Positions 21,110 through 31,766 of a DNA stretch of 64,000 nucleotides are shown one piece after another. The notes under the pieces are model-generated. The model did no database searches and was not told the origin of the DNA. It saw only the letters and a program-made list of their open reading frames with translations. Every line of letters begins with the position of its first letter. The first letter of the stretch is position 1. Source of the stretch: an uncultured delta proteobacterium. Lineage in GTDB: Bacteria; Desulfobacterota; Syntrophobacteria; BM002. The DNA lies in NCBI GenBank assembly GCA_963712115.1, contig CAVQGX010000020.1, positions 128,001-192,000 of the forward strand. The letters run 5' to 3'. The translations under genes were made by a program, and so were the position numbers.

Positions 21110-22358
21110 TCATCGCCCTCCGCAGCCTATCCAAAGCAGTATAAGCAGCTGCGAGCTTTATTTTCTGCCGATCACCTCCAAACTGTAACCTCTCGCTGTG
21201 CAACATTTTTTCACACAGGAGAGCCAGGAAGACTGTTCCCACGGGCTTTTCCTTGGTGTCGCCAGTGGGGCCTGCAATGCCGGTTATGGACAAAGCAATA
21301 TCTGCCTTACTTTCTCTTTGCACCCCTTGGGCCATTGCCTCTGCAACCTCCAAACTGACCACCCCATAACGAGAGATCAGATCAGGAGATACAAAGAGAT
21401 TGCTGACCTTGGCGGCTTCACTGTAAGCTACCACACTGCGATCAAAATAAGCGGAACTTCCAGGTACGTTGGTGAGCAGGTGTCCAATTAGACCGCCGGT
21501 ACATGACTCAGCAAGCGCCAGAGAGTACCCCCTTTCAATGAGCAGATGTCCCACCACCATTTCCAGGGTATTTTCTCCCTCGCCGTATACGTAAAGACCA
21601 AGTATATTGCGCACGGCTTGCACGGCTTCCGCCAGGGTGTAATTGACAGCACTCAGAGTGGAATCTTGGACAGTGAGAGTTAAGAGGTTTTCCGGAAAGC
21701 GAGGAAAGTAGCCAAAACTAACAGTGGGATGTTCCTTTTCCAGGACCTCCAACCGCTGAGCTATTTCAGATTCCCTGAGTCCAATAAGGCGCAATGCGTG
21801 TGAGCGAATTACTATTTCTTGGGGAAATCGGTTCTTGAGGGTTGGCAGAACAAAATCTGCAAGCATATCGGCCATTTCGTCTGGTACACCGGGAAGGAAG
21901 AAAAGAGGTTTTTCAGTATCTCCCAGGTAGTAGCCAGCTCTGGGTCGGACTAGGTCGATGCGCTCTGCTCCCTCAGGAAGGTCGGCCATTTTAGCAATGG
22001 CAGGGGTCATGGATAGATTATGGAGTTCGAGATGAGTAGAAATAACCTGCCAAGACTTAGGATCCCGGCGCAAGGGCCGATTGAAAGCTCTGGCGACTGC
22101 AGGGTTGGTGCGATCGTCTGTGGTGGGGCCCAAGCCACCGGTGATCAGGACAAAATCAGCCCGCTCTATTGCCCGCAACAAAACCGCAGCAATGTCGTCT
22201 TCCCGGTCCCCCACCACTGTTACCCAGCGGAGATGGAAATTTGCCGACCTCAGATGTTGACCGATATGAGCGGCATTGTTGTTTACAGTTTGCCCTGAGA
22301 GCAACTCGTCGCCAACGGTAATCAATTCACCATAGATTATAGTTTTTTCATCAATCAT
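21081..22358 (-). CDS. cinA: CinA (MoCF-like domain plus PncC NMN deamidase domain)
   Basis: VGDELLSG, TGGLGPTTDDRT, LPGVP, AESCTGG, SITGIAGP. Confidence 0.93.
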   Translation of the reverse strand: MIDEKTIIYGELITVGDELLSGQTVNNNAAHIGQHLRSANFHLRWVTVVGDREDDIAAVLLRAIERADFVLITGGLGPTTDDRTNPAVARAFNRPLRRDPKSWQVISTHLELHNLSMTPAIAKMADLPEGAERIDLVRPRAGYYLGDTEKPLFFLPGVPDEMADMLADFVLPTLKNRFPQEIVIRSHALRLIGLRESEIAQRLEVLEKEHPTVSFGYFPRFPENLLTLTVQDSTLSAVNYTLAEAVQAVRNILGLYVYGEGENTLEMVVGHLLIERGYSLALAESCTGGLIGHLLTNVPGSSAYFDRSVVAYSEAAKVSNLFVSPDLISRYGVVSLEVAEAMAQGVQRESKADIALSITGIAGPTGDTKEKPVGTVFLALLCEKMLHSERLQFGGDRQKIKLAAAYTALDRLRRAMIDESFFHVA

Positions 22359-22398
22359 TATAATTAGTTAACCACAAAACTAGATGGAGTAATGGAGC

Positions 22399-22537
22399 GC
22401 TGGAGTAACCAAAAATTCCAAATAACAAATCCCAATCACTAAGGTGTCAGTGTGTCAGGTTAGAAGAAACACAAAGGGTAAAACCTGACACCTGACACCT
22501 AAAATTCTGAGATTTGGTGCTTGGAATTTGGTATTTT
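22399..22537. repeat. nested 7-nt-period hairpin repeat
   Basis: Outer arms AAAATTCCAAATAACAAAT / ATTTGGTGCTTGGAATTTGGTATTTT shared with 43787-43932; inner AGGTGTCAG...CCTGACACCTGACACCT hairpin. Confidence 0.65.
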
Positions 22538-22582
22538 CCCCATGCCCTATGCTTTTGTAGCAACGGACGACGGACTAGTACG

Positions 22583-23056
22583 TTACAGAAGCCCCGCAAC
22601 GATCAATAACAACCGCAAGATAGCATTGGTAAAGACTCCGGCAAGGACATCGTCAATGACCACCCCCCAGCCACCCCGCATCCGTTTTTCCACACTCGAG
22701 ATAGGTGGAGGTTTGACGATATCGAAGACGCGGAATAGAGCAAAACCCAAACAAAGAGTTAATGGGTTAAGAGGAAGCCATAAGAGGCTTATGAGGAAAC
22801 CGGCCATCTCATCTATGACAATGGGTCTTGGATCGCGATCCTCGAGAAGGATTTCGGCCCTCCCGGCAACCCAGGCGGCAAAGGCCACAAAGACAAGGGC
22901 TATAATCCCCTGGACAATTAAGTTTACCCGGTGGACGAGAATCACAATGGGTATAGCGGCAAAGGTCCCCCAGGTACCGGGCATTAAAGGAAGAAAGCCG
23001 GTGAAGCAACCCGTGGCCAGGAAGACCACAATGTCATTTTTTCTAGTAGTATTCAT
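22583..23056 (-). CDS. pgpA: phosphatidylglycerophosphatase A
   Basis: PGTWGT, DPRPIVIDEMAG, FRVFDIVKP, GVVIDDVLAG. Confidence 0.93.
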   Translation of the reverse strand: MNTTRKNDIVVFLATGCFTGFLPLMPGTWGTFAAIPIVILVHRVNLIVQGIIALVFVAFAAWVAGRAEILLEDRDPRPIVIDEMAGFLISLLWLPLNPLTLCLGFALFRVFDIVKPPPISSVEKRMRGGWGVVIDDVLAGVFTNAILRLLLIVAGLL

Positions 23057-23143
23057 ACGATAACGTCTTCCTCAATTCCGTAAAACTGCAGCCGACACGG
23101 AAAGACTCGCCCTCTAGTAGTCAATAGGCTGAAGACTAGCGAG

Positions 23144-23287
23144 ACTAGGCACTAGGCAGTAGGCACTAAGCACTATTGACAGGTCAAAATAAGAAGTGTC
23201 TCAATCATAGATATAATTCTTGGCTCACCAAAATAAAGAAGTCAGTCATCTCCAAATTTCTCAGTGCCTAGTGCTTAGTGCCTAGTT
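23144..23287. repeat. heptamer tandem/inverted repeat (ACTAGGC)n
   Basis: ACTAGGC-ACTAGGC-AGTAGGC-ACTAAGC left, AGTGCCT-AGTGCTT-AGTGCCT right. Confidence 0.65.
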
Positions 23288-23305
23288 GAAATGGCTGCTT
23301 ACTAA

Positions 23306-24499
23306 TTACTTCGTCGTATCGGCCTTGGAAAGTCGTTTTCTTGCCCTATACATGGCTTCTTCGTACACTTGCCTTAAGGGCACCTGGTGTTTCCTTGCTG
23401 CTAGCCGGCAGGCATCGTACTCGGGTGCAAAGACATAGTTGCCTTGTGGGTTTGCAGCAACTTTGACAGGGAGATTGCCGAAAGGAGTTTGGACACGAAT
23501 AGTGTGCCTCGGAAGACTGTAGCGCTCCACCTCCTGAATGCGGACACCGAGAGTCGTTGTTTCACTGAAAAGGATCTGGAGCACAGATTCTCGTAGTCCC
23601 TCTGGAATCAAGACTCGCAGCAATTGGCCGGGACGATTTTTTTTCATCTGTGCAGGCAAGACATTTACATCAAGCCCGCCCGCATTGAGGAGTTGTTCCA
23701 TTAGGTGCCCATATAGCTCAGGATTCATGTCATCAATGCTGGTTTCAACCATTAAGAGTTTTTCCTTCACTGCCCCTATAGTCGTCTGGCCCAAGACAAC
23801 ACGAAGAAGGTTAGGAGGATGATCTTCCGGATGTCGCCCCACCCCGTAGCCGACTTTTGCAATACTCATTGTAGGAAAGCCGCCATACTCGGAGCAAATC
23901 GTGGTGAGAATTGCTGCCCCGGTGGGAGTTACCATCTCCCGCTGCTGACCTGAATCGTAGACAGGTATATCCTCGAGGAGGGCAAGGGTGGCCGGGGCCG
24001 GAAGGGGCAGCATCCCGTGTTGGCATTGGACAAATCCCCGGCCCAGAGGTAGGGGAGAGGCCACAACCTTTTTTATATCCAGAAGGTGAAGCCCGATGCA
24101 AGCTCCAACCATATCCACAATGGAGTCCACGGCTCCTATTTCGTGGAAATGAACATGTTCGGGAGACTGTTGGTGAAGGTTGCCTTCGACTCGAGCTAGC
24201 CGTTCCAATATAGTCAGGCTCGTTTCCTTTACCTGACCAGGGAGTTTGCTATCTCCGATGATCTGTCGTATCTCGGCCATGGAGCGGTGGGGCTGTTTGT
24301 CCTCTTCAATTTGGATATTCAGCCTGGTTCCGCTAATCGCTCCCCGTTTTTCTCTGGACACTGCAATCTTATAGCCGGCAAGCTTCATTTTGGACAAGTG
24401 GCCGGTAAGTTTGTCCAGATCAAGACCCAGATCGATGAAAGCTCCCAGGATCATATCGCCGCTAATCCCGGAAAAACAGTCGAAGTACGCTATTCTCAT
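23306..24499 (-). CDS. larC: nickel pincer cofactor biosynthesis protein LarC
   Basis: MRIAYFDCFSGISGDM, VHFHEIGAVDSIVD, HGMLPLPAPAT, TPTGAA, ETSIDD, MKKNRPG, ETTTLGVR, PEYD. Confidence 0.93.
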   Translation of the reverse strand: MRIAYFDCFSGISGDMILGAFIDLGLDLDKLTGHLSKMKLAGYKIAVSREKRGAISGTRLNIQIEEDKQPHRSMAEIRQIIGDSKLPGQVKETSLTILERLARVEGNLHQQSPEHVHFHEIGAVDSIVDMVGACIGLHLLDIKKVVASPLPLGRGFVQCQHGMLPLPAPATLALLEDIPVYDSGQQREMVTPTGAAILTTICSEYGGFPTMSIAKVGYGVGRHPEDHPPNLLRVVLGQTTIGAVKEKLLMVETSIDDMNPELYGHLMEQLLNAGGLDVNVLPAQMKKNRPGQLLRVLIPEGLRESVLQILFSETTTLGVRIQEVERYSLPRHTIRVQTPFGNLPVKVAANPQGNYVFAPEYDACRLAARKHQVPLRQVYEEAMYRARKRLSKADTTK

Positions 24500-24543
24500 G
24501 GATTCAGACAACCCCGGAAATTGACATAAAAAACCTATTATTT

Positions 24544-24626
24544 AACTAAAGAGACCACGGAGGCCACAGAGATTTTTTGTCTTAAACATGAGTAGTCTCT
24601 CTGTGATCTCTGTGTTCTCCTTGGTT
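24544..24626. repeat. 9-nt-period imperfect inverted repeat
   Basis: ACCACGGAG-GCCACAGAG ... CTCTGTGAT-CTCTGTGTT. Confidence 0.55.
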
Positions 24627-24643
24627 CATATACTGCCCCGGTA

Positions 24644-27328
24644 TTACTGGAAAGTGAAGTGGGAAATACGGAGGTAGCGGTCTATCATCCGGCTGTAATA
24701 AGAAATGGCTTCCTCGTTGTCTCCGGTCTCGTAGTTGACCAGCATCTTGCCGTTTTCGTGCTCTTCGGTTTTCCTGATGGCGCCCTTCTCACAAAAGAAC
24801 TTAATACCGTTTTCAAAGGTGATACGAGAGATACTCTCAATACGGTCAACAAGTTCCAGCTTGTAAAGCTTGTTGCCCAAACTATTGATTTTTTTCATGA
24901 AGTCCTTTTCTGTGAGAGTCTTGTTGGCCAGATACTTGGTGGCCCTGAGCACAATCCAGTAGGATTCAAAATAGCTTTTCAATAATCCGGCGAAACAGGA
25001 GAGCCCTACGAGACCCTGGTGAGTTATCCGGTAGGTATTATCTTGGGCATTAACCCTGGTTACGAACCCTTGTGATGTATAGTAGGAAAGCACCTTGTCA
25101 ATGGTCTCCGCCAGATTCTCGTCTGCATCATAGACAAACTCGAACTTAAAGAAATTCCTGAAAAAGAGTAGATCGTCTTCTATCCCTTCCAGATTGAATT
25201 CAAAGGCTTCTTTGGCCAGAATAGCAGAGGAAACGTAGGCGGCCGGCAAGAGGAAATGAATAATGTTGTTTTTATAGTACTCTAGGTGCAGCCGGTTGCT
25301 ATCGTCCACTGTGTAGATACGCTCCTCCTCGTCCGTCTCATCCTCGTCTGCCAGCAGTTCGAGCCACTTACTCTTCTCCATGAGACTCAAAGCATCTACA
25401 AGTGCCTTTTCTAGGTCGTTGAGCCTACTCGCCATACGCACCCCTCGATGCTGCAGGTAATTGAAGTAATTGCGGATGATGAGCTTGATCTCGGCCAAAG
25501 TGATTCCCCGCTTGGATGTAGTGAGAATGACGGCAGCAACGAGGGCGAAGGGGGTTATCATGGAGGCGCTATTGATATTGTGGATGATACGCCAGGCAAA
25601 GTCCCGATACATGGCGTGGCGTTCTTTGGGCTTCAGAGTCTGGAATTCAAGCTCGAATCGCTGCATATAAGACTTGAGCGATATGGGTTGGGAAAATTTT
25701 ACGTAAACAGTACCGTAACGTTTCTTTAAAACGCTGCGGGCGCGCACTAGTTGGGCCAGGCTTTCTTGTTTCTTTCTAATACCCTTGACCTCTTTCAGGT
25801 AGGCTCCTTCCTCCAATACTCTGTCGTAGTTGATTGCACAGGGTACGAAGATCAAGTCATCGCAGTAGCCTTCCTCCACTGCTTGCATGAGAATGGCCAG
25901 CAGCCCGAGTTTGGGCAGCACCATCTTGCCGGTCCTGCTACGTCCACCTTCTATGAAAAACTCGAGATTATGGCCCTCGCTTACCAAGGTTTTGATATAG
26001 GCAGCAAAAACGTCTGTGTAGAATTTTTGTCCCCGAAAGCTTCTCCGAATAAAAAAAGCTCCCGATTTGCGGAAAAAGGGTCCAAGGGGCCAGAAAGACA
26101 AATTTTTACCTGCGGCAACCAAAGGAAGATTAAGGTTGTGCTTGTAGAGCAAATAAGACAGAACTAAATAATCGATGTGGCTCTTGTGGCAGGGAATATA
26201 GACAAGCGGTGCTTTCTGTGCTGCATGCTTCACCATGTCCAAGGAATCCACATCTAAGTCAATGCCGTCATAAATGGTGTTCCAAATCCAAGTAAGTAAA
26301 CGCTCACTGATCTGAATGTAAGTCAGATGAGGGTCGGCGGCGATCTCGTCGAGATAGTTATCGGCCTCTTGGCGAACAATTTCAATGGTCCTACTATTAG
26401 TGCGAGCCCTTCTCTCCATGCGTTTCTGTAGGTCATTATTATGAAGGACCATCTCTTTTATTTCCCACCGGCTCTTCATTATCGGACCTGTTACCACCCG
26501 GCGGTGGCGGTCAATGCGATCGATCAGCTCCCTTCTGAGTAGGAAAGCGAGTCCAGTTTTGGAAGAGTTCAGGTTTGGCTGGTCTGCCAGCCAATCTTTC
26601 AAGTTGATGGGCTCGGCTATCTCCAAGATGTTATTTTTATAATTTCTAAGGAAAGACAAAAGCTTACGCAATCTTCCCGGTCTTTCCTTGTCACCGAAAA
26701 AGGCGTCCACAATCCCTTTGTGTTGTTTTTCAGGTGCCTTGCCGTGAAAGATCAAACTGGGCACCAAGATGATCGGCTTCTCCATGACCGTCTGAACATC
26801 GAGAAGCAGGTGCAAGGGATCCTGTTCGATGAGTCCGACCCGGCGGTAGTAGCCTGTCTTGCCCACAAGGAACAGAACTGAAGGTTCCTCGGCCAATATC
26901 AGTTCTCGGTAGTCGCCAGTTTGGTAGGGATTAGGAAGTCCTCCCTCCCTGAGATAGTGTTTCAGGAATGAACCTAACAGCCTTATGGCCTTGGAGAAGT
27001 GAAGCCAGAACAGCGGCCGCGTATCGAAGGCAAACACCGGTGGCCGCAGGTCGGCCTGGGAGAGGCGGGAGCTAAAAAACAAGAAATCCAGCTGACTGCG
27101 GTACTTGGACGCATATATTAGATAGCCTTGCTCCTCCATCTCCTTGAGCAACCGCTGCTGGCTCTCGAGAAATGTGGCTTTGCCAGTAAGTTTATGGAGC
27201 ACCCTGCCCAAAGGAGAGGAGAATTTTGGGTCTACTGTGAGGCACTGATCTATTTTTGCACCACTGTCGGGGTGCGCAGAGTCCGGTTCGGACTCTTGTT
27301 TTTTTTTGAAAAATCTAAAGAAGGCCAT
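24644..27328 (-). CDS. plsB: glycerol-3-phosphate 1-O-acyltransferase, PlsB-like
   Basis: HKSHID (HxxxxD), AAGKNL, GAFFIRR, FFIEGGRSRTGK, YYKNNIIH; 894 aa. Confidence 0.85.
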   Translation of the reverse strand: MAFFRFFKKKQESEPDSAHPDSGAKIDQCLTVDPKFSSPLGRVLHKLTGKATFLESQQRLLKEMEEQGYLIYASKYRSQLDFLFFSSRLSQADLRPPVFAFDTRPLFWLHFSKAIRLLGSFLKHYLREGGLPNPYQTGDYRELILAEEPSVLFLVGKTGYYRRVGLIEQDPLHLLLDVQTVMEKPIILVPSLIFHGKAPEKQHKGIVDAFFGDKERPGRLRKLLSFLRNYKNNILEIAEPINLKDWLADQPNLNSSKTGLAFLLRRELIDRIDRHRRVVTGPIMKSRWEIKEMVLHNNDLQKRMERRARTNSRTIEIVRQEADNYLDEIAADPHLTYIQISERLLTWIWNTIYDGIDLDVDSLDMVKHAAQKAPLVYIPCHKSHIDYLVLSYLLYKHNLNLPLVAAGKNLSFWPLGPFFRKSGAFFIRRSFRGQKFYTDVFAAYIKTLVSEGHNLEFFIEGGRSRTGKMVLPKLGLLAILMQAVEEGYCDDLIFVPCAINYDRVLEEGAYLKEVKGIRKKQESLAQLVRARSVLKKRYGTVYVKFSQPISLKSYMQRFELEFQTLKPKERHAMYRDFAWRIIHNINSASMITPFALVAAVILTTSKRGITLAEIKLIIRNYFNYLQHRGVRMASRLNDLEKALVDALSLMEKSKWLELLADEDETDEEERIYTVDDSNRLHLEYYKNNIIHFLLPAAYVSSAILAKEAFEFNLEGIEDDLLFFRNFFKFEFVYDADENLAETIDKVLSYYTSQGFVTRVNAQDNTYRITHQGLVGLSCFAGLLKSYFESYWIVLRATKYLANKTLTEKDFMKKINSLGNKLYKLELVDRIESISRITFENGIKFFCEKGAIRKTEEHENGKMLVNYETGDNEEAISYYSRMIDRYLRISHFTFQ

Positions 27329-27572
27329 ACTTCAATTTTTTCAACAGAGGTTAAACAAATAGTACATTTTAGTCGGCTAAACTTAGCAGATTTGCAGTCC
27401 AAAACCAACCGATTTTTTGGAGGACTAGAGGTAGACTAGCGTCAGCAAGAAAAAAGCTCTCTGAAGATGGAAATAAACAGGTCAGATTACAGGAAGAGGT
27501 GCACCTGCTGAATATCCAGGTTTACGAGAAAATATGGAATGCTTATGAGGTTGTAGCGGATCTTGCAGACAG

Positions 27573-27770
27573 CTAATCAGTCAATATGATAATAGCCTTG
27601 TTTGGACATTTTTTCGCCGCTTCCAAACACTTCTGTTCTAAGTCCTTGGGAATTTCTTTCCTGGTCACGTATGCCTTTTTACTCCCTTCATGAAAGCGGA
27701 AGACTTCGGGGCATATCTTTACACAGATGCCTGCAATGTCGCATCTATTTGGATCTACGGTTGCTCTCAT
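27573..27770 (-). CDS. small monocluster ferredoxin (probably [3Fe-4S])
   Basis: CDIAGICVKICP...CPNKAI; the second cysteine of CxxCxxC is replaced by Ala. Confidence 0.85.
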   Translation of the reverse strand: MRATVDPNRCDIAGICVKICPEVFRFHEGSKKAYVTRKEIPKDLEQKCLEAAKKCPNKAIIILTD

Positions 27771-27778
27771 CAGACCTC

Positions 27779-29815
27779 CTACGCCGCTTTTTCCACTCTA
27801 ACAGCACACACTTTGTACTCGGGTATCTTTGCTATGGGGTCGTGGGCCGGGTTAGTGAGAACATTGGCGCAAGTTTCAACAAAGTGGAAAGGCATGAACA
27901 CCACACCCTCATCCACCCTATCGGTCAAAATCACCTTTGCGATAATCTCACCCCGCCGCGAGGCCACCTTCACCTTCTCGCCCTGCCTAACCCCAAGGCG
28001 GCTGCCATCCTCAGGATGCATCTCCAAACTCCCCTCGGGCATCTCTGCATGTAGTGAAGGAGAAACCCTGGTCATGGTACCGGTATGATAGTGGACATGC
28101 ACCCTGCCGGTGCTTAGCCAGAAGGGATACTCATCGTCCACTACTTCGGCAGGGGGCTTATACTCAATGGCGTGGAAGAGTCCCAAGCCTCGGGCAAACT
28201 TATCTTTGTGCAGGAATCTAGTCCCCGGATGGTCCTTGTTTGGACACGGCCAGGCAAGGCCTTCGCCCTCGAGACGCTCATAGGTAATGCCACCGTAAGA
28301 TGCGGTAAGGGTGGAAATCTCCTTCATTATATCTTCGGCACTTTCATAGTTCATCTCATAGCCGAAACGATTGGACAGGTCCTGGATAATCTCCCAGTCA
28401 GCCCTAGCTTCCCCTATGGGTTCAATGGCCTTCCGCACAAGCTGCACCCTTCTCTCTGTGTTGGTAAAGGTGCCGTCTTTTTCAGCAAAGGAGGTTCCAG
28501 GAAGCACTACATGGGCAAGTTGGGCAGTGGGGGTGAGGAAAATATCCTGAACCACCAGAAGTTCAGCCTTTTTTAGCGCCTTTTCAACATGGCCTACATC
28601 AGGATCACTCACCATGGGATTCTCACCCACCGCATAGAGGGCTTTCACTTTGCCCTCGGCAAGGCCAGAGAGCATAAAGGGAATGGTAAGCCCTATTTGA
28701 TCCGAGAGCTTGGCACCCCAGGCGTTCTCAAACTTGGTCTGGTTGTCAATGACGTTCACTGCCTGGTAGCCCGAATAGACATTGGGGAGTCCTCCCATGT
28801 CACAGGCACCCTGGACATTATTCTGTCCCCTTAAGGGGTTTACCCCGGTGGACTCTTTGCCCATATTGCCGGTTAGCATGGCGAGATTAGCTAAAGATTT
28901 TACATTGTCCACCCCGGTGGTGTGCTGGGTGATTCCCATGCAATAAACGATTGAGGCTGCTTTGGCCTTGGCGTAGTATTCAGCAATCTTGACAATATCA
29001 TCGGCAGAAATCCCGGTAATCTCAGCCACCTTCTCCGGGGGATAATTGTCAACTGCTTTACTGAACTCCTCAAAACCCTCGCATCGCTCTTCGACGAAAG
29101 CTTTATCATGCCAGCCGTTCTTTATGATCACGTGCATCATACCGTTTAAAAGAGCCACATCCGTGCCCAGGTTCTGACGAACATAAAGATCTGCCTTCAA
29201 AGCCAGCTGGATCTTGCGAGGATCTGCAACCACCAACTTGGCGCCTTTACCTATGGCCCGAAAAATCCGGGTGGCCACCAGGGGGTGGGATGAGGTGGTG
29301 TTGGAGCCGATGACAAATATGCAGTCTGCATCCTCGATCTCAGCAATGGAGTTGGTCATGGCTCCACTGCCAAAGGCGGCGGCAAGACCTACCACCGTAG
29401 AGGAGTGTCAGAGCCGGGCGCAGTGGTCCACATTGTTGGTACCCACTGCGGCTCGGGCGAATTTCATGATCAGGTAATTTTCCTCGTTGGTCACCTTGGC
29501 AGAAGCCAGAAAACCAATGCTATCGCTGCCGTGGGCTTCCTTGATTTCCTTGAGCCGGGAGGCGGTGTAGTCCAGGGCCTCGTCCCAGGAGGCTTCAGTG
29601 AGAGCACCGTTTTTGCGGATCAGCGGCTTGGTAATCCTGTCCGGGTGCTGGACAAACTCGTGGATGTTCCAGCCCTTTACACAGAGCTTACCCTGGTTGA
29701 TGGGGTTGGTCTTGGAGGGTAAGGTGCCAATTAGCCGACCGTCCAAAACCTCCAGGTAAAGACCGCAGCCGCAGCCACAATAGGCACAGGTGGTTAGTAC
29801 GGTTTTGTAGTCCAT
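27779..29815 (-). CDS. fdhF: selenocysteine-containing formate dehydrogenase alpha subunit, cytoplasmic
   Basis: ORFs 29408..29815 and 27779..29395 share a frame across TGA 29408-29410: VDHCARL-U-HSSTVVGL. N-terminal CAYCGCGC...C FeS motif, PLRGQNNVQG, no Tat signal. Confidence 0.95.
29377..29397 (-). promoter_or_regulatory. bacterial SECIS hairpin of fdhF
   Basis: CGGUGGUAGGUCUUGCCGCCG begins about 11 nt after UGA, with an AGGUCU apex resembling the E. coli fdhF SECIS. Confidence 0.85.
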
Positions 29816-29825
29816 ACAAGACTCC

Positions 29826-30869
29826 TTAAATTCTCTTCCATCCTGAGGATGGCATTTTCTTTCCCTGACTGTTTATGACGAGCCCCTCTATGGACGGGAG
29901 CTGTCTAATAAACTGGTTTCCTCTAGCAGGCCCCATTACATAGACACTGGTTGCTATGGCGTCGGCTTCCATACAGCTGGCCGCCCGAATGGTAACGCTG
30001 GCAGTCTCAGGAGCTGGGCTGCCAGAATTGGGTCTGATGAGGTGATGAAACAATTTCTCTCGGTCAAAAAAGACCTCGTAGTTGCCCGAAGTGGCAATGG
30101 CGCCATTATTGAGCGTAACCACATCCACATGACCCTTCCCCTTCCAGGGGTCCTGAATTCCGATCTTCCAGGGTTTGTTTTCCCCTTTGCCGCCATAGAC
30201 CAAGATATCGCCGCCGGCGTTGATCAAAGCGTGCTGGATTTTTTGCTGCCGCAGCAGATCCATGGCCCGATCGACTATATACCCCTTGGCAATGCCGTCG
30301 AGGGTAACTTCCATACCACTTCGTTTAAAAGAGACGGAGGTTTTGGTGAGTTTGAGATGGTGGCTTCCGACTTTTTCCATAGCCTCCTTTAAAATTTCGG
30401 GCGAAGGAGGCCCATTGTTGACCCTGAAACTTTCCTGATAGAGATCGACAATAGGCTTAATGGTGATATCGAAGGTTCCTCCGCTTAGCCTATGGTAGTG
30501 GAGTGAAGACCGCAACACCTCCATCACCTCTGCCGGGGGGTCGCCAAGAAAGCCACTACCATTGAGATGGCCGATGTAAGAAGTACTCTCAAAGCGAGTC
30601 ATAAAAGCAGTCAACCTGTTGATCTCTTCAAATGCCCGCCCCATGGCCTCTTCCGCCTCTCCCTGAGAGGGGTGGAATGCCATCATATTGATAAACGTCC
30701 CCATGCCGAGACGGCTCTTGGAAACTTTGTATAGGTTACGGTCAAATTTCACCGCTTCAGTTGGTAGGGGAAGACCAAGGGTGGCCACGCCGAGACTCAA
30801 TGTGGAGGTGAGAGACAAAAAAGCTCTCCGGCTGATCGGCTTTGTAGTGTCAGACAATGGTTGTTTCAT
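29826..30869 (-). CDS. apbE: FAD:protein FMN transferase (ApbE/RnfF) with Tat signal
   Basis: SRRAFL Tat motif, GMGT, FDITI, DGIAKGY, NAGGD, ATSGNYE, ADAIAT. Confidence 0.93.
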   Translation of the reverse strand: MKQPLSDTTKPISRRAFLSLTSTLSLGVATLGLPLPTEAVKFDRNLYKVSKSRLGMGTFINMMAFHPSQGEAEEAMGRAFEEINRLTAFMTRFESTSYIGHLNGSGFLGDPPAEVMEVLRSSLHYHRLSGGTFDITIKPIVDLYQESFRVNNGPPSPEILKEAMEKVGSHHLKLTKTSVSFKRSGMEVTLDGIAKGYIVDRAMDLLRQQKIQHALINAGGDILVYGGKGENKPWKIGIQDPWKGKGHVDVVTLNNGAIATSGNYEVFFDREKLFHHLIRPNSGSPAPETASVTIRAASCMEADAIATSVYVMGPARGNQFIRQLPSIEGLVINSQGKKMPSSGWKRI

Positions 30870-30980
30870 GACCCGCTTCTCCCTTATTTTTAGCTCTCTG
30901 CAGTCAGCCTGTCATTTCATTCTATCATGAGTCATTGATCATTTGGCGTTTGAAGCTGGAACTTGGCCGAATCTCGATAT

Positions 30981-31766
30981 TTATTTCCCGCTGCCTGCTG
31001 CCTTGGCAGCCAGACCTTCCGGGGTTGTCCCCTCCTGCCCCACAACTTTTGCCACCAGTTTGTATAAGCTTTTCAGAGGTATATCTGCGGGACACACTTC
31101 CTCGCAGAGCCCACAATATACGCAAAGGGAACGGCCAACCATGTGCATTGCCCGGGTCATGAGGAAGCTGGGGTTGGCTGGTGGGAGTTCTCCCCGCGGT
31201 ATTAATGCAGCTTCCTCAAGGGTACACTCGTGGCAATAGCAAACTGGACAAATGTTCCGGCAGCCGAAGCACTTGACACAGCGGTCGAAGGTGTCAAACC
31301 ACTGCTGGAGTTTGCCCAGCAGATCCATTTGAGAACCAACCGGGTCCTCCCCACCCACAACACCCTGGGCCGGCTCACCTGCAACCAATGCATCCGGAAA
31401 GGGCTTCCAGCACTGATGCTTCTCGGCCAGTTCGGCTGGACAAGCGAAGCCCACCGGGATAACATGATCCGCATCCAGCATGCTGACGGTAAAAAGTAGC
31501 TGAAGAGCGCGCTCGTCGCAGCCTCGCACCAGAACTCCGAAAGTCTCATTGGGATGCTCGCTGGCGAGACGGGTCAAAATCTTGTCTAGGGGATACCGAG
31601 CCTCTGCTGGGTTCTCCCTGTCTCCCAGGGATAATTCCCCGAGTTCGTCAACTTTGGTAAATAAGTGAGGGCCGATGTCAGTTCCCTCCTGTTTCAAAGC
31701 CAAAAAGCCCTTGATTTTTCCTTCTGCAAATAAATTTTTCACGTACTTTTGAATTTCTTCTTTCAT
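30981..31766 (-). CDS. 4Fe-4S dicluster protein (FdhB/FlxC-like)
   Basis: GVLVRGCDERA, CVKCFGCRNICPVCYCHEC, CVYCGLCEEVCP. Confidence 0.75.
   Translation of the reverse strand: MKEEIQKYVKNLFAEGKIKGFLALKQEGTDIGPHLFTKVDELGELSLGDRENPAEARYPLDKILTRLASEHPNETFGVLVRGCDERALQLLFTVSMLDADHVIPVGFACPAELAEKHQCWKPFPDALVAGEPAQGVVGGEDPVGSQMDLLGKLQQWFDTFDRCVKCFGCRNICPVCYCHECTLEEAALIPRGELPPANPSFLMTRAMHMVGRSLCVYCGLCEEVCPADIPLKSLYKLVAKVVGQEGTTPEGLAAKAAGSGK

Noticed and set aside
23306-24499. larC without other lar genes as a novel pathway
   Set aside because: Dispersed larC is common and nothing nearby indicates a specific nickel-pincer enzyme.
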